Source of the DNA: Hyaloraphidium curvatum SAG 235-1
Taxonomy: Eukaryota > Fungi > Monoblepharomycota
Length of the DNA: 64,000 nucleotides
Direction of reading: 5' to 3'
Assembly: GCA_025558095.1 (NCBI GenBank)
Contig: JAIVFI010000006.1
Location: forward strand, 806,001 to 870,000
Shown here one piece after another: positions 1 through 9,594 of this stretch; the first letter of the stretch is position 1, and each line of letters opens with the position of its first letter. The notes under the pieces were generated by a model that searched no databases, was not told the DNA's origin, and was given only the letters and a program-made list of their open reading frames with translations. The position numbers were made by a program, and so were the translations under genes.

Positions 1-11
1 CTGGCCAAAGA

Positions 12-2236
12 TCATTCCGCCTCGTTGCTCTCGAAGAACCGCCTCATGTCGGCCTCGGGCAGAAGAAGTGCCGCAGCGATCGCCTCTGCCGGATCCGCCG
101 CGGCCTCGATGTTGCCAGAGACCGTCCTCCCCAACTGCAGGCTGACTGTCGGTGCCCCGTCTGTCATGGGAGCGGGGCTGTCGGGCCGCACGCCCGACGC
201 TGCCATGGCCTCCCGGAAGTTGGCCGCGATCTGCCGCATAAGGGGCCCGAACCGCTTCGCGAGCCAGTCCAGCGTCCGTGCCGCGACCTTTGCGTCCTGC
301 TCGAGCGCGTCCGCCACGGCTGGATCCCCTCCCGACCCGCGGACCAGCGCCGCCGCGGCGAGCCCCAGCGATCCGAGGCGCAGCGCCGGGTTCACCGGAA
401 CAGAATGGGCCAGCTCGCACGCCGGATCCTCAGCCATCATCCCCGCCAGGGTCCGCGAAAGCAGGAGAGCCCTTTCGATCAGCTGGACCAGCGAGGGCGA
501 AGCCACAAGCGACGAGCCGCCGCTGCCGGGGAGCTCAGGGAGGAGGTGGTGCTCCATCATCATGCCCTGCAGGGAGGCAGCGACCCCGGCGACGGCGACC
601 GCGTGCGCCCGGTCGGCGAAAAAGTCGCGAGACTGCGAAAACAGTGGCCCCGTGACGCCCTCGGCGAGGGCAACCCCAATCCCAGATGGCATTGAGGTAA
701 AGAAGGCGTTCAACACAGCTGTGGAGACATCCACAAGGTCCACATAAAGTCTCTGAACGGGAGTGAGCTCCGAATCGGGCCGCCCGAGAATCTCGGCGGG
801 CTGGATGCTCTCGGCGGCGGCAAATGCCCGAATGCGGATGCGCAGACAGCGAAGGAGGTTGCCCACATGGTAGATGGACAGCTGGCTCGCACGGCAGGCA
901 AAGACGGGTTCCACCAGATCTTGGACAGCGCGCGCGGCGTTCTCGGGCGTCAGGCTCCGAGCGTAGGCGGAAAAGTCAACCGAGGCAGCCGGCGCAGCAC
1001 GACCCTCCTGCGTCGAAACAAGGAGCCGGAATGCTTCCTCGGGGTCGGGATGCTGGAAAAACACTTCGGGCGCCGGCAGGGGCAGGCAATGCGGTCCGAA
1101 GAAGTCGACCATGGGCTCCCTATGAACCACGTACGCGTGCGACCCTTCGATGCTGGCCAGCACGATCCACGCGCGCAGCACCATCTCGTTCCGGAGCCAT
1201 TCGTTGACGTCGGCGGGTGGTTGTGACCCGATGAAGCTCCCATCAGGAAGGATCGCCATCCGCCTCAGGAGTTCTAGACACGGCTGTATCAGCGGGCTGG
1301 CCTTGGGGATCTGCCCCAGCGGCAGAGCGACATTCCAGACCAGCAGCATGGTCTGCAGCGCTTCGAGGTCCGTCATCTGCGCGGAACCGGGTGCGCAGTC
1401 CAGGTACCCTGCGCAGACGAGCTCGGTCGCGGCGGCGAACAGGGCACGAGCAGAGGAGAGCCGAGTCATCTCGTCCAGGAAAGAAACCTCGGGGCCCGCG
1501 TCAATCAAGCCCCAGGCAGCGGCGGCGTAGGCCAGGGCGGCCGGGCGTTCGCGTCCGTAGAGTGGACCTCCGGGGGTAACAAAGGCGGCCTCGAAGACCT
1601 GTCGATGGAGGAGCGGGACCTTGCGATTGCGTCCCGAGAAAAAAGAAGAAAGAGCTGGATGCAGAAAGTCGCCGATGGTGAGGTCCGCGCCAGCCGGTGG
1701 TGGGGACGGTATCGAGTCGCCTGGGGATGGGAGTTTGGGGAGGAAAGTGTCCTCTGCGGGAACAAAGATGACCTGGGGCTGGTCAAAGCCGGCAAAAAGG
1801 ACCCGGAGGTCCGCCTGGCTCGAGTGCGAAGCGCTGGAGATCGACCGCGTATCCGTGGGGCTGGCGAGGCGACTCTCGGGACCGTCGCGAGTCCCAACCG
1901 GGGCGGGCTTGCGCCATTTCGCTTTCCTCGCGGCAAAAGCGTTGAGCCCGCGCCCGCCCGACCGAATGAGCGCTTCACGCTTTCGTCGCGAGATGCTGTA
2001 GTCCTGTTCGGTGCAGGGTTCGTTCCCGGCGACGCAGCGGAGGCAGCGCTCGCCAGCCGCCGGTCGCTCGCATTTTTTCTTTATCGTGGAGCACTCCAGG
2101 CTGAGAGAAGTGGTGGTGGTGAGCGGCCGGGCCAGCGAAGTCCACGAGAAAGAGCCCACCAGCTCGGCCGCTTGGGCGGGGGCTCCGCGTCATCGCGCCC
2201 CGAGACCTCCGGGTCGGACGCGGACGCGCTGGACAT
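12..2236 (-). CDS. Zn(II)2Cys6 fungal transcription factor (2 exons; intron 2101-2159)
   Basis: ATG at 2236. Removing the GT..CAG intron 2101-2159 restores C-LE-C-STIKKK-C-ERPAAGER-C-LR-C-VAGNEP-C, the binuclear Zn cluster. A fungal TF middle-homology-like region follows (PLLHRQVF; NEMVLRAWIVL). Confidence 0.88.
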
Positions 2237-2796
2237 GGCGCACTTGGCGCGCCAGGTGCAGGGAGATCGGGGGAAGGGAAGTTGTTGTGGTTTGTGAAGT
2301 CGAGCGGCGGCCGGAGCGAACGCCCGCAGATCGGGCCAAAGGTCAAGCCCCAGGTCCGCAACCAGAAGACGCAGAGGGCGGATACGATCGGAGGGCGGGA
2401 TCTGTCCGACATGAACCTGGAACTATACCGTGCTGCTGTTGGCTATGGAGCCCGGCGACACCATTCAGAAAACCGCGAATTGCCTTGGGGCACTCGACCG
2501 GCCTGGACCGCGCCAGCCAGGAGGACCGCAGTGCCGACACACATCCCAACGGAGACGACCGACGCGACACGATGTGAAACGAACCTCGGGGATCGGATGC
2601 AAACGCTTGAAACTCGGCTTATCGAACCCGACATGGTGGCTGTTCGCTTCCGTGCAAGCTTTCGGCCGCCCCGACTACTTTCGCGATATCTTTCTGCCGG
2701 CGGTGCCCGTGCGGCGCGCCGATAGGAGACTCATTTCGATTCCAGCAATCCAACTCACATAGCTGTGAAAATGATTGGATATGGCTGAAGCAAAGT

Positions 2797-3965
2797 CTAC
2801 GCCGCGGTCCACCGCTCAAACTCAGCGGAGTCGACCACGCACGAGCTGGCGTTCGCGTGCCCCCCGCCGCCAAACATCTGGCTCACGGCCGTCGTGTCCT
2901 CCTTCCCAATCGATCGGAAGGACACCTTGGTCTTACCCGGCTCCACAAAGTAGGCCACCACCCCGATCGCGGGCAGCCCCATGCCCCGCGACATCTCGGC
3001 AAGCTCGTTGCCGAGCTGCGACCGATGCTTCGCGAACGCGTCCGCCTCCTCCGCCGTGTCCATGCGGACCGCCATGCACTCCTTCGGGGGCTGGGCGGGG
3101 AGCCGCACCAGGAAAGCCTTGGCCAGGGCCGAGTCCACGAGCTTCTTGATGGCCGCCATCTCCTCCTTCCCCTGGGCCATCAGCGCGTCCGGATCGAGGG
3201 CAAGCAGGGCGTCAAAGATGCCCGGGTTGGTCTCGGTGGACAGGTCCAAGTCCAGCTTGCCGAAGCCCGCAGAGAACTCCTTGCTCCCCTCGAGCTTCCA
3301 GTTCCACAGGTCCGCGTCCTCGATATGGCACACGATCCGCGCCGTCGCTTCGGACATGGCGGGGCGGAAGTAGTCCCGGGCCATGGTCGCGCCCGACCTC
3401 AGCATGTCGATGTTGAGCTCCACGTTGGCCGGGGCAAGGCTCGCGTAACGGCCCGCCTCGACGGTTCCCTGTGGCACAGCCGGGCCCGATGGGCCGAACG
3501 AGCCCTTCAGTGCCGCCAGCTCCGCGCCCTCCGAGACGAGGTTTTCCATCGCCGTTTTGTGGTGGTCGAGCACGACGACCTTCCCCCGCGGCACCGCGGC
3601 GGCGACAGCCTCGACGAAGCCCTTGGGCCCCGTGAAGTCGACAAAGTACACCGTCTCATCGCCGGAGAGGGCGAGCTTGCCGGGTTCCGGGCGCGCGGTT
3701 ACGGCGAGCGGCTGGAACCGCGCCGAGGGGAGCGCAAGGCGGACCGAGAGCGCGGCGAAGATGCCGTCCGGGCAGGGCCAATCTGGCAGTCGCCAGCAAA
3801 AGGAAAGGGAAAAGGCGCCGAATGCCGTTGCAGGGCAACAGAACGTCCGCCAGAGGCGGCGGGACCGGGCAGACGCGTCGCGCAAACAAAGTGGCGTCAG
3901 GCACGTCGGGCAGGGGAATCGCGCGGCGGGGACCCACGGTAGACGCAGACGGCCTTGTGTGACAT
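2797..3965 (-). CDS. DHH/DHHA1-family phosphoesterase (one intron ~3784-3937)
   Basis: Spliced N-terminus MSHKAVCVYHWPCPDGIFAAL, then YFVDF, VVVLDHHKT (DHH), HIEDADLW and C-terminal GGGGHANAS (DHHA1). Confidence 0.85.
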
Positions 3966-4540
3966 TGTTCTGAAGATCTGCCCCACTGCGTTCCGTCTGC
4001 AGAGTTGCTTTGGCGGTCGAGCGAACCGGAGAACTCGAAGCATCAACGCGGGTCCCTGCCGCGGCCCAGCGCCCGATGCGAGTGCTCCCAAAACAGAACT
4101 GGAATCGCAATTTTAGGATACTAGGAAGAAAGAAGCTTGATTGATTCTATTGCGCTCTAGTTGTTCGGGACCGGGAGGTTGGAGTTGTGCTTCCTCGGGT
4201 CACCGGCTACTACTGTGCGACCCGCGCCTAGTCCCGCCGACAACGCGAGGCAAGCCGCACGGGAAAGTGAAGAGCGTGCTGCGTCTCATACACTCGAGTG
4301 AAAAGCCATTTGAGAAGTTTCGGGGAAAGCGAGGTGTGGCGAACGACGTAGTTTTCGGATGGCTGAACTGGATCCTCGGCTTCCGAGAAGGTTCCCCAAG
4401 TTTTTCCCGTGGAACACGACCCCTGCGCACGACCGCACCCTCCCATCCGGGGGACTTCCGATTATCGCAACCTGTGGGGAAAGACCTCGTGCTTGCCCAA
4501 CCGCTCCCGCGCACGGACCGGATCTGCAGGTTCCGAGAAG

Positions 4541-6157
4541 ATGGAGCCGCCCAGCGTGCCGCCCGCCTCTGCACCCCTTTCGCCCTCGGACACGCACCCC
4601 GGAGACCGCTTCAGCGAGCGGCAGAAAGCTGGCATCCTCGCCCTGACCTCCCTACTCTCCGTCCTCGCCCTGTTCGAGGGCGCGATCTTCACCCCCTGCC
4701 TCCTGGCCGTGCAAAAGGCTTTCGGCGTCTCCCCCGAGGTGGCCAACATGAGCATTACCTCGTATCTCGTCGCCACTGCCCTGGCCCCGCTCCTCTGGGG
4801 CACCCTCTCTGAGCGGCTGGGACGCAAGCCCATTTACGTCGTATCAATGGCGATCTGCCTCGTGTCCAGCGTCGCGCTGGTGTTTTCGCCCAAGTTCAAC
4901 ATCGGCTGGCTCATTGGATGGAGGGCCGTTCAGGGCTGTGGAGCGTGCGCGGCCTTTTCGGTTGGCGCAGGCACGATTGCGGTGGGTGGACGGTGCGGCG
5001 GCCACCGCAATGGGCACTTCACTGACGCCCATCGTCCCCTCGCAGGACATCTATCGCATCGAGCAACGCGGGCGCGCCATCGGCATCTGGACCATCGGCC
5101 CCCTCCTCGGCGCCATCATCGGGCCTGTCATCGGCGGGCCCGTTTCCGAGAGCTGGGGCTGGGAATACGTCTTCGCCGTCGTCGCCGTCCTCACCTTCGT
5201 CCTCCTGGCGGCCATCGTACTCTTCATGCCCGAGACGCTACCGTCGCTCGCCGAGGGTCAGGCAAGGCCAAAGATCAACCCCTTCTCCGCCTTCCCGGCG
5301 CTCCGCCACCTCTTTGTCGACATCCCGATCTACGCTCAAAGCCTGGCTCTGGGCGCGATGTACAGCTTCATCAGCATGATTGCGCGACAGCTGTACGAGG
5401 TCTATGGCTACACCGAGACGGCCACGGGCGTGTACGCCCTCGCACTCGGGATCGGTCAGCTCTTCGGATCGCTTGCGGGAGGCGTCATCGTGAGTTTGCA
5501 GGCAATCCAAGGCACACCCGGTGACTGACCGCGCATCTGGATCCGCAGGCGGACTTCCTCTTCAACCGCGCCCAGGTCAAGGTCAGCGAGACCCGCCTGC
5601 GGGCCTGCTACATCGGCTGCGTCGCGACCGGCACATCCTACATCGCCTGGGCATGGCTCACCTACTACGGCGTGCACGTTGCCCCGGGCCTGGTCTTCCA
5701 GTTCATCATCGGGTTCGCGTCGTGCCTCATTTTCACCCCGACCAGTGAGCCGCCGATTAGGCATGCAGACGGGCCAGAGACTGACCGCGATCCACCCGCT
5801 TAAGTGACCTACCTGATCGACATCTACATCATGGAAGCCGCCTCCATCTCCGCCATCTCCAACCTCTTCCGCCTCGCCGCCTCGGCCATCACCCCGCTCT
5901 TCTCCCCCGCCATGGAAGCCGCCCTCGGCATCGGCTGGATGTACACCGTCTGGGGACTCCTCATCGCCTTCACCATCCTGCCGCTGATCTGGCTGCAGGA
6001 GAAGGTGCTCTGGAAGACGAGGCTGCGCACGGCGCCGTGGTCCGAGGGCGCCGACGCGGGGTTGGGGAAGGTGGTGGACGAGGAGGTGCAGGTCGAAGGC
6101 AAGGTGATCACCGAGCGGGACTCGGGGGTCTCGGTGGAGAAGGAGGTGAAGGAGTGA
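4541..6157 (+). CDS. MFS transporter, DHA1 drug:H+ antiporter-like (introns 4982-5045, 5490-5548, 5745-5804)
   Basis: Motif A (GTLSERLGRKP), WRAVQGCG, GPLLGAIIGPVIGG, MPETLP and many TM segments. Three GT-AG introns join the frames cleanly. Confidence 0.9.
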
Positions 6158-6446
6158 ATGCGGAGAAGCACACGTCGAGTGACTTGGAGGAGAGAGGAGC
6201 GAACTATATCATGTTGGGCACAATCCATCGCATACGCTCAGTCTCCTCCTCTTCCCTGCGCCATTTTCAAGGTTACATCTCCAGCAGCCGGGCATTTGTT
6301 GACCCAGGTGGTTTTGGAACAGGATTGATACCGGGCGCTTGACGCATGCATGTGCTGACAAAGCGCAGCTTCGGGGAGCTCCGCCTCCCCAGCGCACAGG
6401 AAACAGCACACTCCCCGCGCGGCCCGCCGCCGGAAACCCAAAGAAG

Positions 6447-6781
6447 ATGGCCTGACTGATAATTGACGGTGCGCTACCCTGCTACCCGGGCCCGCCGCCC
6501 CCCACCTGACCTCCCCTTCTCCGCCCGACTCGCAATTCTCGCCGACCGCAACAGCCTGCGCGTGGGTCTACGCAAAGGCGACCAAGACCGAGTTCCGGTC
6601 GTGCGTGCTCGGGCCGCCGCCGGAGGAGGAGGAGATGCCGCGGAAGAGGGTGCTGCCGGCGGAGCAGGCTCGGCCGGCTGTGGAGGGCAAGCCCGCCGCG
6701 TCGCCCTCCCCGCCTGTCGGGCATAAGCTGCCCACGGGTCCCACGAAGCCGCCGGCCAGCGGCGTGGTGCGGCAGCAATAG
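6447..6781 (+). CDS. Candidate selenoprotein, 82 aa, Sec (TGA) at codon 3; exons 6447-6468 and 6555-6781
   Basis: aagATGg start, then GCC TGA CTG ATA ATT GAC G|GTGCGC donor. Branch CCTGAC, pyrimidine tract, first AG at 6554. Spliced length is 249 nt ending in TAG: MAULIIDACAWVYAKATKTEFRSCVLGPPPEEEEMPRKRVLPAEQARPAVEGKPAASPSPPVGHKLPTGPTKPPASGVVRQQ. A SECIS lies directly downstream. Confidence 0.72.
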
Positions 6782-6804
6782 GACTCCGGAACGGGGCCGA
6801 GGCG

Positions 6805-6890
6805 GGCCCGCCGCGCGCATGATCCCGCGCTCGGAAACCCTCCCACTGGGACCAAGGGCGGGGCGCGGGGGAACAACAGCGGGGCGGGAC
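6805..6890 (+). promoter_or_regulatory. Eukaryotic type-II SECIS element in the 3' UTR
   Basis: Helix I CCCGCCGC (6807-6814) / GCGGGGCGGG (6879-6888). Core ATGAT (6819-6823) / GGAA (6870-6873). Helix II CCCGCGCTCGG (6824-6834) / CGGGGCGCGGG (6859-6869), 10 of 11 paired. Unpaired AAA (6835-6837). Apical mini-stem CCCT/AGGG. Confidence 0.78.
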
Positions 6891-7520
6891 TGGTCGAGGG
6901 CCACGAAACCTTGATCTTTTGCCTGGATTGCGCGAATGATTTCGATGTATAGAATGACGGACACGGAGTTGTCGAGACTTCGGGTCGAGTCCGAGCGCGG
7001 AGGAAAGGCGTCCGTGCTGCCGTCCTGGGCCGGTGGAGCATTGGGGACGGATTGAGATGGCGCCAATCGCATTTCGAACACTCCTGGGGCAGTGTTGGTC
7101 CGCTTGCCTGCGGTTCGTCCGTGCTGGGTTGGAGGCGTTGCGCCCGAGCGGTGCACCAGGAACTGCCGCGCCATGGACGCCGATTCCGGCCAGACGGCCA
7201 TTTTCGTTCATGTTTCTCGATGCAAGCATTCGGATGGCGACCAGAATCTGCGGGTCGATGTACGCCGATTGGGATGGGGACGGCTCAAGGGTCCAAAAGG
7301 CTCCGCGGGCTGTGCCTCGAACGACGTCGGGGCAGCACCAGGGCCGGACTATAACAAGGGAGAGCACAGAAGCCATGGCCGCCCCGCCCGCCGTCGCCGC
7401 GGGGAGGGCCTACCCAGCACCGGGGATGTGGAGTTTCCGCGCCCTGACGAATGCATACACGGTGGCTGGAGGGGGAGCTGCTGTGCGGCATCCCCCCCAC
7501 TCAGAGAAAATGGACCGACA

Positions 7521-9467
7521 ATGACCCGGGAAAGGCGACGGGCGCCCGCGGGGCGGCGCGATCGGACATTTTGGGGCGGCCCGCGGTCGGCGGTGGCGGC
7601 GGCGTGGGCGCTGCTGGCGGCGCTGCTGCTCGGCGGCGCGGCCCCGCTGCCGCTCCGCCCCGCGGAGGTTGGCCCGACGGATCCCGGGGAATCCGGGCTT
7701 AGGCCGCGGGAATACCTTTTGCGGGACGCTTTAAGCCTTGCGCCCGGCGCGGAGGGGCGGGACAGACGGGCGTGGCCGGTGGGCCCGGCCGGGGCTTCCG
7801 CACAGCCAGTGCTCAAGATGCCCGACCGGCCGCGGACGTCGTCGACGCGGGCGACGACGCGGACGACCACCAGCAGGACGCGGCTGCTGGCGCTCGGCAC
7901 GAGGCTGTTCGACGAGGCGTCAAAGTCGACGTCCAAAACCGCCAGGTCGACGCCAACGGTGACGCGGACATCGACCTCCCGCTCGGAGACCCGCACGAGC
8001 ACTTCCTCTTCGCGGACACGCACCGCGACACGGACGTCGACGTCGCTGTCTGCCACCCGGACGGGCACGCAGACATCCTCTTCCCTCACCAAAACGTCTT
8101 CCTCGCGCTCGGCGACGCCGAGCTCCACCACCCGGACATCGACCTCCCGGACGCAGACCTCGAGCTCGCGGACGGCGAGCTCGACCTCCAGGCGGCAACC
8201 TTCGAGCTCGCGGACGTTGAGCTCCACCTCTCGCACACCAACCTCGAGCTCGCGGACTCTGAGCTCCACGTCCCGCACGCGAACCTCGAGCTCGCAGACG
8301 CGGAGCTCCACCTCCCGCACGCAAACCTCGAGCTCCCGGACAGCGAGCTCGACTTCTAGGACACAAACGTCGAGCTCGCGGACGCTGAGCTCCACCTCCC
8401 GGACGCAAACTTCGAGCTCGCGGACGCTGAGTTCTACCTCCGTCACCCGCACCCAGACCTCATCGACCACCACGCGCACTGCTACGACCACCGTGCCGAT
8501 CACCCAGGTCACCGTGCTAGACTCGCGGTGCTCATACATCCCCGGCGACATCCCGGGTTTCGCGCGCACGGAGCGGTACAACATCGACCTGCTCGTGTGC
8601 GGCGACCGCGCCGAGGACGGGAGCTTCCCGTACGACGGCGTGTTCGCCGAGGCGGCGCGGCGGTGGATGTCGGTCGTGGTGGGCGACGTGCCCACGCTCA
8701 CCCGGACGCAGCCGATCGAGGTCGAGGGGCACGACGGCGAAACCTGGGCCACGGTCAAGGCCGTCGACGACCTGCTCGTTGTGTGCACGGTGGACGACTT
8801 CGACGACGACACGCTCGGAGAGGGGGGCGTGTGGTGGACGCGGCCGCGGTTCCCGTTCCTGAGCAAGGTGCGGCTGAACGCCGCGCATGCCCAGAACCTG
8901 GCGGACCAGGGGCTGCTCCAGGATGTGGTGGGTATCGCCGGAATGCATGGAGAACCGGATGCAGTCGAGCTGATGCATTTTCCTGCGCAGGTGATGCACG
9001 AGATGGGCCACGCCCTCGGTTTCGGCATGGTCTGGGACCGTCCCGCGCTCAACCTCCTCAGCCCCCCGGACTGCTTCGACCGCGCCTCGCGCGGCGACTC
9101 CTTTTCCGCCTCCTTCACGGGCACCCGCGCGTGCGCCGCCAACAACAACATGGGCCTCGCGGGGGCGCCCAAGGTTCAGTCCGCCGCCGGCGAGGCGGGC
9201 GCGTGCGCGCACTGGGACGAGGGCACCTACGGCGCGGAGCTGATGACGTCGTACATCGCCGCGGGGGGCAGCCCGCTGTCGCTGCTGACGGTGGCGTCGC
9301 TCGAGGACATGGGGTACGTCGTCAACAGGTCGAGCGAGTGGGTGACGGGGAACTGGCGCCCGTCGAGGCTGGCGATGCTGGGCGGCGGGGGGAGCAAGGC
9401 GACGGCGAAGCTGGGGGATTGCCTGGCGCACGCGAGGGCCGAGGGGATCAACGTGGTGGAGGGGTGA
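7521..9467 (+). CDS. Secreted/anchored leishmanolysin-like (peptidase M8-like) zinc metalloprotease with Ser/Thr-rich stalk
   Basis: Hydrophobic signal-like segment (AVAAAWALLAALLLGGA), mucin-like S/T repeat, HEMGHALGFG zincin motif, AHWDE, ELMTSY (Met-turn) and LTVASLEDMGY. In-frame intron 8928-8990; a further 5' intron is possible. Confidence 0.82.
   Translation: MTRERRRAPAGRRDRTFWGGPRSAVAAAWALLAALLLGGAAPLPLRPAEVGPTDPGESGLRPREYLLRDALSLAPGAEGRDRRAWPVGPAGASAQPVLKMPDRPRTSSTRATTRTTTSRTRLLALGTRLFDEASKSTSKTARSTPTVTRTSTSRSETRTSTSSSRTRTATRTSTSLSATRTGTQTSSSLTKTSSSRSATPSSTTRTSTSRTQTSSSRTASSTSRRQPSSSRTLSSTSRTPTSSSRTLSSTSRTRTSSSQTRSSTSRTQTSSSRTASSTSRTQTSSSRTLSSTSRTQTSSSRTLSSTSVTRTQTSSTTTRTATTTVPITQVTVLDSRCSYIPGDIPGFARTERYNIDLLVCGDRAEDGSFPYDGVFAEAARRWMSVVVGDVPTLTRTQPIEVEGHDGETWATVKAVDDLLVVCTVDDFDDDTLGEGGVWWTRPRFPFLSKVRLNAAHAQNLADQGLLQDVVGIAGMHGEPDAVELMHFPAQVMHEMGHALGFGMVWDRPALNLLSPPDCFDRASRGDSFSASFTGTRACAANNNMGLAGAPKVQSAAGEAGACAHWDEGTYGAELMTSYIAAGGSPLSLLTVASLEDMGYVVNRSSEWVTGNWRPSRLAMLGGGGSKATAKLGDCLAHARAEGINVVEG
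8157..8450 (+). repeat. Coding tandem repeat, ~7 x 42 bp (14-aa unit TSSSRTLSSTSRTQ)
   Basis: Directly visible degenerate units such as acctcgagctcgcggacgctgagctccacctcccggacgcaa. Confidence 0.9.
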
Positions 9468-9594
9468 GGGCCAGCGGGGCCCGCTTGAGCATGGTTGTGC
9501 TGATTCAATTTGACAACTATCTATGTCTTTTGATCTCCCTCGTCCCCGAGCGCTCGCCGGAGGTTGTTTTCCCCACGATACATAAGAAGAGCTT

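Noticed and set aside
6447-6455. ATG-GCC-TGA as a mere minimal uORF ahead of a 48-aa ORF starting MPRKR
   Set aside because: Not excluded, but disfavoured: the frame stays open and protein-like through the splice junction, the downstream-only product would be pure low complexity, and a full SECIS follows the stop.
6463-7376. Track ORFs 6463-6726 (+), 6474-7376, 6482-7201 and 6568-7041 (-)
   Set aside because: No recognisable motifs; they are off-frame or antisense to the spliced TGA-containing gene and its UTR.
8157-8450. Possible CRISPR-like array
   Set aside because: Contiguous degenerate in-frame coding repeats with no unique spacers and no cas genes; eukaryotic context.
7349-9172. 607-aa antisense ORF with VELxVRELEV repeats
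   Set aside because: Mirror of the Ser/Thr repeat in the protease gene; stop-poor because of high GC.
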